DNA of 64,000 nt. It comes from Adineta vaga (Eukaryota; Animalia; Rotifera). The position numbers and the translations under genes were made by a program. Location of the stretch: contig CP075496.1 in the NCBI GenBank assembly GCA_021613535.1, positions 1,674,001 through 1,738,000 on the forward strand, given 5' to 3'. Within the stretch, counting starts at the first letter, position 1, and each line of letters opens with the position of its first letter. This document shows, piece after piece, positions 26,398 through 40,159 of the stretch. Under the pieces are notes generated by a model. The model was not told the DNA's origin. It searched no databases and saw only the letters and a list, made by a program, of their open reading frames with translations.

Positions 26398-26930
26398 AAA
26401 AACAGTACATTGTATGTATTCATGTATAGATTTATTCCTTCCGGTGAATGTTGTTTTTCTTTCCTTGTATATCTGTACTTATCAATCAGTTAATTAGATT
26501 CTCTTGAAAATATTTATCTTAGTAAAACAAGAAATATTACACAAAACACATGTGGAAGGTGCTTTTCTTCTTCTTCCTCTGCGTTTGTAGTCAGATTAAT
26601 CATAATCGAAAAGAAAACAAATAAACTTACATATCAGTCTTTGAAACTTTCTCTCCAACATTGTGATTATGAAACAAACATATCATTTTCGCCTTCCACA
26701 TATAAAAAAAAAGCCAAGCATGATCAAAAATCAACATATCAAATTCTCCTATTTCTTCTTCTTGTTGTGTTTATCAATGTTTGATGTTGTCTACCGTAAT
26801 GAAAATGAAAATAAACAATTTCTTCAATGTTCCTTTGACCTTCTTATAATTTTAAATTTTATTTATTCATTCTTGCATTTAAATATATAGAAAGATAGAG
26901 AGAGAGATATTACAAAAATAAATTGACTTT

Positions 26931-28206
26931 TTAATTCGATGTTGTTGGTGTGGAATCTGTTACAGGCATTGGATTATCATGATGATTGACCATCCAATCG
27001 AAGATTTTATAAGAGATACGTAAACCATCTTTCGAACCTTGACGATCGAGTAAAGTTTTTAATAAAGATTGTTTAGGTTCATCAATATATTTTGCAATCC
27101 ATCTTCAAATAGAACAAGAAACAAATAAATATAGATTGAAGAAAACTAAAAATAGTTTCTTTACCTTAAAACTTCGGTCTCCGATCGACCAAAATCATTT
27201 TTATACCAAAGAAATAATTTTGATAATCGAACTTCAGCATTTTCAAGAACAATATCAACTTCAGCATTACAATACGATGTTGTTGCCATATTTAGTGCTT
27301 TTTCTAGATTTGTTGACGAATAAATTGCTATCTGTGGACATGAACGTGCACCACTATTCAATGCAAAATGAATACGTGGATCACAACGACGCATTGCATA
27401 TCGTGCACGAGGGTCATTGAATGTAAAATGTCGTTGAGTGCAATTCGAATGAGGTTTATTTCCTGAATGAAAAGAATTAATATTTGAAAAAAGAAAAGAT
27501 TGACAATAAGAAGAAATTTCACCTCGTAAAATGCCATGTTCAATATCATCTAATGAATAGAAATAGGTTCCAACTTTGTAGGATGTTATTTTCCAAAATT
27601 GATTTAAATCAAGTACAGATTTAGGTAATTCATTAACAGATGCAATGCCATGAATTGTTAATACATTAAAAAGATCTTGAAGTATTATTAAAAAATATAA
27701 ATTTTCATTTTAAAAAACAAAAGAAAAAGGTTTTTTTTACTTATAAAAAAGGTTTTCCGTTCATTTTCTGTGACATTTTCAAGGCTAATTGTTGTTAAAC
27801 GATGAGCCATTTCACATAAATCATTATAGACATTACTTGCACGCAAACGACGATAGTTAACTAAACGACCGGATGGATCAATAAACATAGCTTTTACACT
27901 AATATTAACAAAGAAACAAATGCAATAAAATAAATCGTAATTCATTCGTTTACTTTAACATTTTCTTTTGTAATTCAATTGAAATTTGTACAGCATTGTA
28001 ACCATTTTTCGATTTCGTTTCATTTTCTTCATTAACTGGTGGAGATGATTTATATGAAACGGGATTTTCAAATGGTGACCAATTTAATGTGTTAAGTAAA
28101 CGTGGATTTTGAATTTCATCGAATTCATTCGTATTTTCATTCGTCGTTGTGCCATTCTCAGATGTTAATGAAGGTTGAATTCCATTAATTATTTTCACTC
28201 GATCTA
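26931..28206 (-). CDS. DUF547 domain-containing protein (5' exon/start not located)
   Basis: VNYRRLRAS, ERKTFFI, SLDDIEHGILR, DPRIHFALNSGARSCP, LSKLFLWYKNDFG and YKIFDW. Stop at 26931-26933. Confidence 0.8.
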
Positions 28207-28813
28207 TGGAAATTAAGAAAAGGGAAAAAAAGAGACGTTAATGTTATTTTCTATTCCCTAAGTGTATATGTTTATGTTCGACAAATATTCATGTACATCT
28301 GCTTTAATTCTCGTTGGCATAACATGATATGACAGAAACATTTTAATCATCGATATAGTTCTTCATTTTTTGACAAGGTTAGAGAATTGTTGTTATTACA
28401 CTTTGTACTGATCAAATAAACGTCAAATAATTATCATCATAGAGTGTCAAAATATATCCAAAGAACAGAAAATCCAAATCGATTCGCGATTTTTTTTTCT
28501 TTTTGTAGAAAAATTTGACTTTAAACAAAATCGAATGACACACTTTTTCCTAATTTCCGTTTCATTAGATGTGTATTTATTCGACAACGGAAAAGACAGA
28601 TGTGTTTCACAACGAATGTAATCTATGTCGACGCATGATATGAATAATTACGTTTGTCGGTTCTTCCTGTTTCTTTCTTCCTCATTTTTTTTCTGTTATT
28701 GTGGTATTATGCGCGTATTTTCTAAGAACAAAAAGAAGAAGGAATTTTTCTTTCATCTAATTATTCGATACGGTGATATGTCGAAAGGTAGACAAGTATT
28801 CACGAAGAAATGA

Positions 28814-28843
28814 ATGATGATGATGATGATGATGACGACGACG
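28814..28843. repeat. (ATG)n/(ACG)n microsatellite
   Basis: Direct reading: atgatgatgatgatgatgatgacgacgacg. Confidence 0.8.
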
Positions 28844-28982
28844 TTTGAATTTGTAAGCTGAAATCGATATTTATATGCCATAGATCTCTATTCTTTTTAT
28901 TCATATGACAACAAAAGAAAACTGAATCTATTGTGAATTTATATAATTAAATGAACATATACATTTATATTTATATGGATAC

Positions 28983-29002
28983 ATATATATATATATATAT
29001 AT
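28983..29002. repeat. (AT)10 microsatellite
   Basis: Direct reading. Confidence 0.85.
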
Positions 29003-30538
29003 TTATATTGATTCGTTAGTACGTTTTTTTTCTTTCTTTCTATTGATGTCGGAAGGTACGTATGAAAATTATGAAGACTGATCGATCAGCAAACGATCTT
29101 TTCTATCCAATATTGCACGCGAACAAAACGACGGAAAAGCACATATAAAGAAAAAATTCTGTTTGAAATAAATCAAAAACGAGAGAGACAGAGGGAAAAA
29201 GCCAAGTCTAACCAAGCATTTGACAGATCATTCATTTTTCAAGACCATATGTGTAAAATAAAAGGCAAAGAAAATAGAATACAGGTATTTAGAACGGAAA
29301 TGATTATTTGACTGCATACATTTTTCAATAAGACCGGAAATATTATTATTTCCTGACAAGTATAAATACAATACAAAAGCAAAGAGTAGTAAAAACCAAT
29401 TTGTTGTTTACAGATACTTCGTTTCTTTTATCAAACATCAAGATATATATATATATATTGAAGGAAAAAATTAGTTTCGTCATTTCTATCTGATGTTCGA
29501 TTGAATCTGTCGTACTGTATGTCAAATGAAATGAAGCAAAACACATGAGAGATAATTCTTAATGAACAATGATGTTCCGATAATTTTTCTCGAAGATTTC
29601 TTATGTTTAACGATGATATAGTTGAAATAACAAGAAAATGATGAATCAATTAATTGAATTACTCAATAGATCATATTTCGCTCGAGGTTTATTATTTCCT
29701 TGTCATCGAACATTTTGCTCATCGATTATCTTTCAATTAATACAAACTATACTTACAAAAAGGTCTTGAACTACTTGATCGACTATATCGAGACATTTCT
29801 AGAACCGAAGAAGAATTGTTTGAAGTTTAATTTGATCTTTGTGTTAATATTATTGTCGTTGTTAATAAGTAAACATTTATATATTCCTAGTAAAACATCA
29901 ATTGATCAATGAACGTTCAACATACTGAAAATCGTTTAAACGGCATCCGAACATTGCATAGAAAAAACACACATAGAGAGAGAGAGAGAAAATAAAACCC
30001 TTTCTTGCTCTCTTTCTTCTAGAGAGAAAATCCAATGACAGTATTTCCTCTTCTTATTCTTTTTTTTCCTCTGTATCTCTCGTTCTCTCTCATATGTTAT
30101 TATGTTGATCAACATCACCTTTTTCTCTCTCTCTCTTTCTTTACTACTTCTCCATTTTTTTTTGTCTTCTCTTGATGAATAATACTGTACTCAGCACGTA
30201 GCCAAAAATGACTGACAGGCGGAGTATAAGTGCACTAGACAATCGAATAAATTCAAAGATGAAAGTATGTTGAAGAAACGGAAATGGATGAGCACATCAA
30301 TAAGAATCTGATAGAAAAGAAACGAAGAGCCGAGGAGAATGTCAACCAAATCAATTTCATTTGTATGTTCTTCATCTTCTCCTTCACTCATCATCACTCT
30401 GTGTATTATTATTATTAGCACAAATCATTTTACAAGTACATAGAATGTTTTGATTAACACTAAAAGAGACAAGTTAAACAACAGTTCGCCATTTTCATCA
30501 ATTCACCGGTTTTTCGTACACGAATGATGTTGAAAATA

Positions 30539-32202
30539 TTATACAGGTAATGGAGATCGTCGATCAGGTAAATCCAATACAATATCCATATCAGGTGTAC
30601 AACTAAAATTCAAGAAGAACAACCGTTTTATTTTCTAATCAGCTTTTCTTCGAATTAAATCTTTCTTTAAATAATTGAACATCATCCTGAATTATATAAG
30701 AAAGAATTTCAAATAACCTACATTGGTAATGTTTCATGTCGAAAAACATGAGGAAATAAGGTTCGAGGATTGAATGCTTCTTTTTGTTGTTGTTTCAATT
30801 GTGCATTTAATTTTCTTATATGTTCAATTTCCAGTTCGATTAGACGAAGTTTTTCTTCTTGAATAAGAACTTCCTAGACCAAAGAAAAAAAACAAACAAT
30901 TGAATGATTACGAAAAGAAATCATCTGGATTCTTTACATCTCGCATACGTTCATTATCAAGTGCAACGAGAAGATACGATTTATGCATCGTTGAAAAGGC
31001 AGTCTACGAAAAAGAAAAAAAGATGATTTGAGAGAATAAATGAAATTGATCAAACCGTTGCTTGTTCTTCACGTATTTGTTCAACAGTTGATCGAACTTT
31101 TTCTAGATAACGTTGTTGTTGTTTTTCAAGAATACGTGTAAGTTCATCAACTTCTTCCTAGTATGATTAAAAAGCAAAGGAAATTCGAGATGTTTATTAA
31201 ATGATTCACAAACGGAGTTAAATAAATTGGTTTCATCGATCTCTTGTAATAATTTTTGAAGAACTCGTTCTTTTTCGGGATATTCTGTATCCTATAATAA
31301 TCAGAAGAAGAAGAAGAAGATTAAACTCTTCATTTTTTTGTAATCATTTACTTTATATGTTTTTAATCGTTTTAATAATTGTTGACATTCAATTATTTGT
31401 TGATCCAAAGTTGAAAGTTGATTTTCATACACTGGGAAAAGAGAAAAACTTTTGATTTGAAGAAAGAAATCACGATTTCTTTACTTTCTAATTCATTAAC
31501 AATTCTCTTTCGTTCACGATTAACAGCCTCGAGTAATTCTTGTTTTTCTTCGATTTGTTTTGTTTCAACGAGTGAAATTGTTTTCTTAAGTGTGAAAGAG
31601 ATGATACGTTTCATTTGCATTCGATCGAAACAATAAAAATTCTACTTTATATTGATCAAATCGACGTAAATTAGTTGCGACAGTTTCATGACTTGAACGT
31701 TCCGTGTTAATAATCATCTCTCGTATTTGAGCGTTCGCTTCTTTCAATTCATATTCTCGTTGAACATATGTTTCTATACGTGTTTGATACACTTGAAAAA
31801 GCAACGAGAGCTTTCTTTTATTGATTTCCTTGTAAGTAATCTTCACTTACTATGTAATTCTAAAGTTAACCATTGAATTTTCTCGGGATTTTCAGGAATA
31901 ATATGTTGATCAGGAGCAGAACTTTTACGTAAATGTCGACAACAAACATCTGAACATTTGTTTTCACCTCGTGCAGCTAAAAACATGATCGATTTTTGTT
32001 ACGAGTAAAATCAATAGAATGACTCACGAGGAGGATGAACAACTACAGTTGTTTTCGGTTTAGCTGGTGGTGCTGATTTTACTGGTCGTGTTTGTTGTCT
32101 CATCCATGGTGAATAATCAACAATTGTATTAGAAAATTTATTTTGAAATGTATTTAAACCAATTGCACCAGAGGATTGTCGACTGGATAGATTTGAACTC
32201 AT
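30539..32202 (-). CDS. C20orf96: C20orf96-like coiled-coil protein
   Basis: N-terminal DYSPW, a central coiled coil, and last exon CTPDMDIVLDLPDRRSPLPV*, matching the recalled C20orf96 C-terminal motif CTPDMDVILNIP. Confidence 0.75.
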
Positions 32203-32302
32203 CTAGAAATACAAAAGAAGAAGGCAAACACTTTAAAATATTATATATCAGACATTTCGACAAAGAAAAGCAAATTTAATTTAAGGCAAAATCACTAAGG
32301 AA

Positions 32303-33414
32303 TTATTTCATCATGTAATAATCACATTTCAGTATAGGACAATCGGCACGAATTCCTAATGGATAATAATCATAATAAAGTGTATAAGTTGGAAAGACTT
32401 GTTTATGTGTACCATCTTTATAGGCACCAGTTAATCCATATGATTCAAGTGAACGCATTGGATCAAGAATCACATCTGATGAACGAATTTTTTCACGAAA
32501 AATTTGTATTGAACGTGTTGGAAGATCGGTTTTATCAATAACCATTTTCGATAGAGCATATATACTCATATGATCAGGAATAGTTAAATGAACATGACCG
32601 GGATAGACATTATATGCATCAAATGTAATAAGGCGAAATTGAATAGTTACATATCTAAACATAAACTTGGATCAATGTCGGAATGAATAAAGATCAATGG
32701 ATGATTTTACTTGGGTTGATCGATTTCAAATGGTTCGTTAAATGGTCGTTTGATTTCTTTAATTGGTTTTTTTTCAAGAATAATATCAGTTGATGATGGT
32801 ACAGGTAATTGTTTAACATGTTGAAGTACTCCATTACTAGATTCTTCATCAAAAATCATTCGATAATCAATCGCTGTACCATCCGTTTGAAATAATTGTG
32901 TTAAAACAAATAAATCTTCTGATGATAATTCTGGTAAACGATCACGAATGACTATATTATTATATAATAAATCAATAGACTATTCTTTATTTTATTTGTT
33001 CTAGATTTTTACTTAATCGAAATTGTTCGTATGATAAAGAACCAATATTATATTTATCTATTAATTGACAAGCAGCAAGTAAATTCTTTTTCTGAACAGA
33101 AATCAATGAATTAATTCGTTTACAAACATCATTTAACTTCTCTGGTGTTTCTAAGATATCTTTCGTTCCTTTCGTCAATCGATCCTAAAGAAACAAACAA
33201 GAAGAAGAAGAAAATTTTCGACAAAAATGAAATTTTCATCTTTTACAAGTTCTTTCTGTCGACCAGTTTTCGCTTTCTTCTTTTTCTTCTTCGTTTTCTC
33301 CGTTGTTTCATCTGTTTGTTCTTGTAAAAGAGATTGAACAAATGATGATGCTGGTACTTGTTCAACGTTAGTTATTTCAATTGGTTTCACTTGTTCTTCA
33401 GGCACGACTTCCAT
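32303..33414 (-). CDS. Uncharacterised protein with degenerate EF-hand pair and C-terminal ubiquitin-like-looking domain
   Basis: ATG 33414 (MEVVPEE...), poly-Lys stretch, EF-loop-like DKYNIGSLSYEQF, and C-terminal YVTIQFRLITF...TLYYDY...DCPILKCDYY. Three exons. Confidence 0.65.
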
Positions 33415-33999
33415 CTTTAGAAGGAATAACAAACAGAATCATAGAAAAAGAAAAAAGAATCATGATCACTAACGATGCCATTCATCGTTAGTTTACCATG
33501 GCATCCATACGAACACATTGTTTGCATGATGCAAGTCGATTTCAATAAGGTAGAGAGCGCTGTTATTTGAGCTTTTATTCTAATTAAACGGAAAAAAAAG
33601 TACAATGTCAAAAAATCTATTCACACATTTTTTTAATTATATCAACTAATGAATAACTTATAATATGCTCTTTCTTATTCAAGCATGATGTTTATCGATA
33701 AGAATAACTTATGCGTTGAAACTAGGTTAATTATTATTGTCATTCGAATCTTCTATGGAATTCCTAAGCAAAATTGAATAAGACATTGATTGAGACAACA
33801 AAGAATACTCAAAAAAATATTCATATTGAATTAGTATGATGAAAATCGTTCGTTTCAAGGAACAACAAAAAATGTAAGTATAAGCTATAAAGAATGTGTA
33901 TTTTGCAAATCTTTTATTCGATATATTTGTTTTTCAACTAATCAAATACATGCAATTATTTAATAAAAATGAAACTAATGAATGTTATTTAATTGAAAT

Positions 34000-34581
34000 C
34001 TAATCAACACGTTTGTACCAACGACGAGCTGTGACATTTCCAGCTTTCATTTCCTAAACATTCGAAAATGAAATGAGAAGAACGAATAGAAAAGAATTTC
34101 TACTAACAATTTGTTGTTGTCCTTGATCATCAACCCATCGTGTAACAGTTGATTCTTTACCATTTTTATCACGCATTGTATGAACCCATTTATCATTTTG
34201 AAATTCGATTGTTGACTGAAAAAGATATAAGATTGGCTCGATTGATTAGACACGAAAATTTCATTAACTAACTTTAACAATTTCACCATCGAGACGATTT
34301 TCATCGAATTCAATACCTGGTGTAAAATCATACGAAGCACTTTTTAATGTTGATTCACTTTTAAGTGTCCATTGATCACCATTTTGACTAATAATCAATT
34401 TTGGTTTTATTAATTTAGCTGATTGACGAAGACCAAAACCGATGCCCTATACAATAACAATAAGAAATGCAAATCCATCATCCAATCTACTTACAATTTC
34501 TTTCAAATAATCATCAAAACGTTCTCCATCAACATATTCCCATGTACCTTGTAATTTTACAATACCACTTGAAGCTGCCAT
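34000..34581 (-). CDS. Fatty acid-binding protein (iLBP family)
   Basis: MAASSGIVKLQGTWEYVDGERFDDYLKEIGIGFGLRQ...FTPGIEFDENRLDG...ARRWYKRVD*. Four exons. Not resolved in the ORF track. Confidence 0.9.
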
Positions 34582-34630
34582 TATACGAAAAGAAGATTCA
34601 CGAATGATGAAACTTCAGATAGAACCTCTC

Positions 34631-34638
34631 TTTATATA
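34631..34638 (-). promoter_or_regulatory. TATA box of the FABP gene
   Basis: TATATAAA on the minus strand about 50 nt upstream of the FABP ATG. Confidence 0.5.
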
Positions 34639-35047
34639 GAGGTGTTTTCAAAGATAGAGATAGAGAGAGAGAAGAAAAAAAGGAATGTCGGGTAAAGTAC
34701 AGCAAAGAAAAATGCATAAATAAGCATTTCATATTTTGTTTTCTTATCAAAAAATTTCTTGGTTACATTTATATCATTCTAATTCCAACAAGTGGCAAAG
34801 GTGAAAAGATATTCGAATATTAGATAAGAACTATTTCATATTCTTATTCATCAGAAACATCGAGAAGATATGTTATAGAAGATATCTATCGATATGAATA
34901 AGTAAACCATTTTCCTGTACATTGTTAATATAAAATTAATTATATTTGTGGAAAAAAAGAAGCAAGTTGAGAATACATAAACAAATACTACTAAAATAAT
35001 CTTATTTAAAAATAAAATAAATAGCAAAAAAGTAAATAAGCGTTCTT

Positions 35048-36868
35048 TTAATCACTATCATCATCGAAATCTCCACTAATACTTCCCGTTGTTCGAGAAA
35101 GATTTTCTTCGTGTTGATCACTATCAATTCGAGTTGCTGTTGATATACTCATATTTTCCTTTTCAGCATGATAAATTCGACTGATTTGTAAAAGCATATT
35201 TCCAATTTCGGGATCACTGAGATAATTTGTTATTGATGTTGGATTTTCTGAGATTTGTAACATAACTAAAAATGAAATTGAAAGTCTTTTAATACATCAA
35301 ATGATGAAATTTACTAAAGAATGTTTTCGGATTATTTAATGTTCTTTGCACAATAGGATTTTGCATGATTGCTTGAAAAATACTGGAATTAGGATCGAGA
35401 CCTTGTTCACTTTCAGCATCATTCATATTTTGTTGCTGTTGTCTATCACTAAGAAGATATTCACACTAAAAGAAAACGAAAAGAATTTGAAAAAAATTCC
35501 AAAAGAAAAACTTTCTTACAGCTAAGTTTTTATCATTATTAAACATTCGTAATGCAGTGACGATATCATCATGAGCAAAACCGATTTCTTTTAATGATTG
35601 AATTGCCTAGAATAACAACATTCAAAGATAATTAGAGAAATTAGTTTTCATTGCATTACCTTAGCATTCGGTTGAAAACGTTGTTGTCGAAATTTTCGAA
35701 AGGATATAAAATGACCATTTCGAGAAAACAAAGGTGTTCGTTCTATTTCCTATACATAAGATAAAGATCAAGAATATTCATAGCAAAAAAAAAAAGATTA
35801 ATGAATTACAAATTTATTCGGTTCTGATGGTTCATTTTCGTGATCACTTTCATCATTATCATCTGTAATATCAGGCTTTGTTAGAAGTAATTCCATTGCC
35901 GCATGAATATCATATCTAAATCAAATGAATCATTTTTTTTATGGAATGAAATTTTGAAATTAAACTTTGTTCGTTTGAGTCCAATACGTGCTTGTTGTTC
36001 AGTAAAACCCATATCAACTAATTTACTTATTTGACGACGACGCGTTTCGAGATCTTCTGAAGATGTTGACACTGTTGTTGGATTAGGTATTTCATCGGTT
36101 GATGAACGAAGAAGAAATTCTAATCAAGAAATTTACATAGATAAATGATAAGGATTGTCTATTTCAATTACCTTCAGCTTGTTTAAAGATATTTTCAGCA
36201 TCCGGATGACACCAAAGTAATTTTTGTGAAGTTTCAATTAGAGTTATTAAAATACGATTAAGATCAGTTCGAAACTATTGATAAAAGAAACATATTAATG
36301 TGATTTAATCTAACAAAATAGTTGAATTTACTTCTGTTCGAGCTGTTAATCGATAATCTCGATTGATTGAACGCGAAGCTTTCGGAAGATCTTGTGTACG
36401 ATTTTCAATTAATGCTGCATCAACTGTCGGAAAAGTTGCTGTCTGTTCAGTTTTTGGAGATGATACAAGTCTCTTTGTCGCTAATAAATATTCATCTAAA
36501 CGACAATCAATGTCAATTTATTCATTTATTTTATTCTTCTCACCTCCATCTTTAACATTTTGTTGAGCTAAAGTTTTCTCCTCATCAACAAGTCGTTTTG
36601 ATCCAATGGAAATTAATTTATAATTTTCAATTTCATCTAATGAGATATGATTTCGATTCGTTGCAAGTGTTGTAAACGATGATCGTCGATAGTTAAATGA
36701 ACTAACATTATTCATGAGAAATTGTCTAACAGCAGAATATTTCACATCAGCAAATGTATTTTTTTCGACAGAAAAAACGTCTTCATACGTTAGACCAGTT
36801 TTAAACCATATTTTCAATGTAATACGATGTGAATGTTCATTAAATGATGAACTTGCTGTTCCTCGCAT
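35048..36868 (-). CDS. UBAC1: Ubiquitin-associated domain-containing protein 1 (KPC2)
   Basis: N-terminal Ubl (LDEIENYKLI...EKTLAQQNVKDG), FRTDLNRILITLIETSQKL, UBA1 LVDMGFTEQQARIGL, UBA2 LKEIGFAHDDIVTAL, and STI1-like region ending DPEIGNMLLQISRIY. Confidence 0.88.
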
Positions 36869-37370
36869 GTTCAATTCTTCAATCTAGAAAGAAAAATCAA
36901 AAATTTGTTTTTTCATTTCTTATCCGTTGCATAAAAAAAACCTTTTACACAAAAGAATAAAGTTGGCTTTTTACTCTCATTTACACACATATATATATAT
37001 GTATCTGTTAGCTGAGAAAAAAAAGATGACAGACAGTTTACAATCACACACAGAGAGAAAGAGAGAGAAGTATATATATATTTATATTCATGACGACAAA
37101 TGAATTGTATTTGTTTGGTTGGTTGGTTGATTTATTTTTTTTCGAAATACAGATATCAGTGTTGTAAGAAACAAACTAGAAGACGCATAAAGAACAATGT
37201 GTTTACAAGTTAAACAATAGACTCACAAAGAATGTACAAAAAGAAGAAGAAGAGAGAAAACACTACAGTAATCAATTACATTTGGTGGCGAACAAAGCGA
37301 ACTATGTAATATAAAAAAGAAGAAAGAAAACGAAACGAACATGGTTTGATTCAGTTGTTATTCGAAAGGA

Positions 37371-38450
37371 TTAATTTAGATTAAGATATTGACCATTTTC
37401 TTTTAGCCAATCGACTGCACATGCTTTGACATGAGCTGTGATACCTTGACATTTTAGTGACTTTCGACATTGAACATTTGGCTAAAATAAACGAAAATAT
37501 TTGAATAGATGTTTATAGGAGAAAACAAGAAGAGAAAGAGAGACGTACACATTCATATTCTCCTTCAGCATTTTTCATTAATAATGTAACAATTTTATTT
37601 TTTCCACTTCGCCGTTTTTTCACCACGGGAGCCGAGGATGGAAGTTGTTGAGATGAACGATCATGATGATGAGAATTACTCTGATGATGTGTAGCATGTG
37701 CATTATGTGAATGTGATGGTGGTGCTTGTTGTTGCGGTGGCGGTTGTTGATGATGAGATGGAAGTTTACTTGGAGTATTACCATTCTGTTGAGTATTTAT
37801 AGTATGGTGAGTAGCAGATATATGATGATTAGTAGTACCAACAGCAAGTGCTGCAGCAGCAGCGGCTGCTGTTGATGCTGCTGCAGCTTGTTGTTGCGTT
37901 GTTTGACTAATATAACCGCATTGATGTTGAATAAGTGCTGCTTGTGACATGGAAATTTTACCAACCGTTGCCCAACGTTCTAATAATTCACATAATGTAC
38001 GTTGTTTTTCATCAAGTACTTGAGCTGTTGTTGATGATGGTTGCTGTTGAGATGTTGTCAATAATGCACGAATATTAGCTTTAACAATATTAGTTTCTAT
38101 TTCAATAACAAACAAATAAGAAGAAATTAGACAATCATTTAATGATATTATCTACCGTTTATTAATTGTTCAATTTCATATCGTAATAAATTTTCATGTT
38201 CATGTATATGATCAATGCAGAGTAATAAATGACAATGTGGACCTAAAATTATAATCGAACAATGTTTAGTAATGATTGAATATTTTATCTTACAAGAAAC
38301 ATAAAGATTTCGTGAACATGTTAATAAACCATTTTCATTTCTATGTTGACATTTAACTGATATTGTTTGACATATACCAGAAAAATAAAGTGAAGAAGCT
38401 TGATCATCTGCTGCTTGTTGTGTTGCAGCCATATGAGTCCCGGCTGCCAT
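37371..38450 (-). CDS. Zinc-finger protein with B-box-like N-terminus, Q/H/A-rich linker and C-terminal C2HC finger
   Basis: Spliced sequence CQH...CSRN...CPHCHLLLCIDHIHEH, then a low-complexity Q/A/H tract, basic KKRRSGK, and YECPNVQCRKSLKCQGITAHVKAC...LNLN*. Confidence 0.7.
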
Positions 38451-39280
38451 TGAATTTTATAAAACCAAACGAATAGATTTGTTTGAAAACAAATGAATTA
38501 GATCGACATAAGAAAGAAAGAGAGAGAGAGGGAGGAAATTTTCAATTTTGATATGAATTATTATGATTATTGTTCGATGTAACAGAGCAAGTTCGATGAA
38601 AACAAAATTCGAGATTGACGATTATTTGACAAAAGATTTTTTCAGTTCATCCACTTTTCCTATCCACATTTTACATGTCAAGTGTTCGATGTCATCGACC
38701 ATAATGAATGATTTTGACAATCATTATCTCAAGAAGGTTTAAAACACTTATGCATTTATCGACTACTAGCGACATCATTCAACTGCATTCTATATGTTAT
38801 GTGAATATTTTCAATAGAAAGACAAGCATCACCTGAGCAGAGATTAAATTCTTGTTATCTTTTATCAGAAGTCATTTTTACTTAAGAATATCTATTGTAA
38901 ATAAATAGGTATCGTAAGACGATACAATAAAACGAAAAATCTCTAGTTTCAAATTATTCATTAAGGATATAAAATTTGAAAATAATTTATTGATGATCAA
39001 TTTGATAATGAAACTTTAATTGAATGATAAAATAAGAAGATTAATCTTTTCGATCTATGAATCGAATTTTTCCTGATGCATTTGATTTTAAAATAATGAC
39101 CTTTTTCAGTCTCGTAACTTTACTAGTATTTAAAAACAACACATTGAATGATTAAAATTGACCTTGACGGGTTTTGAAAGTATCTTTATGGTAAATGATA
39201 TTTCATCATTTTCGAGACATTCTTTATGTATCACCTCTACGAAGTTTTCACTTTTTTTATACAATTCAAAATAGACAACA

Positions 39281-39701
39281 ATGAAAGTTCTTTTATCTAT
39301 TTTCTTTTTCATCACTGTATGTTTAATTCAATATTCGATTGAACAAACTGCAAGTGAAACTGAACTCGCTTCTGAAGTCACTGAAATAAGCACAACAACA
39401 ACACGTATATATCTCAAACAATGAAGTTTTTATTTTATTTTATTAGTCTTATCTATATTTAGCTTGGTGGACACGAACATTTCCAATTATTCCCCCACGT
39501 ACAGTAACAGCACCTCCCAAACGACCAACTACAACTGCTACAAAACTCAGTCGTGTATCGGATTCCGTTGCAATTGCTGTTCCATTGGCTTTATTTGGTG
39601 TTACAATATTAGTTGGTTTTGGTCTGATTATTTATGCAACAATAACAGGTGGAAATGGCGTGTTTTTTCTCACTCGTACGAACCAAGATCAAACTCCTTA
39701 A
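39281..39701 (+). CDS. Small mucin-like type I membrane protein (about 120 aa)
   Basis: Exon 39281-39404, intron 39405-39462, exon 39463-39701. Signal peptide MKVLLSIFFFITVCLI, T/P-rich stalk, TM VAIAVPLALFGVTILVGFGLIIY. The correct frame is absent from the ORF track. Confidence 0.7.
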
Positions 39702-40159
39702 AAACAATAAACTATATTCATGTTTTGTAATTATCAAAAAAGAATTTAATACGTAATTATTTCTAAACTCTTTTACTAATGTATGATTATCGTCTAATAC
39801 AACTTCAAGATATCAAAAACATACTGTAAACAAATTACATTCTCTAACAAACGATCTTAGATTTTGTATTTATCGAAAAAGGGCTTATCTAAGATATTTA
39901 TTAAAGTATGTGCATCTCTAAACTTTCATATAGACTTTGTTAATTCATTTGAAATTCGTTGACAAGAAAGAGAGAAGAAACAAAAGAAGAATACACACAA
40001 AAGAAATATTGCTGATGGTTTTTGTTTGGTTATGATTGTTGAGCACGCATGTGTATAAAAAGAAAAAGGTGAAATAATAGAAAAACGAGGGATTTAGACA
40101 GAAAAAATCCGATCGCCGATCGTTTCATGTCACCAGTAGATACAATCGAGAAGTTTCCT

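Noticed and set aside
30191-30421. Minus-strand ORF with acidic start (MMSEGEDEEH) as a gene or as the first exon of the DUF547 gene
   Set aside because: I could not build a frame-compatible splice path. It may be UTR sequence.
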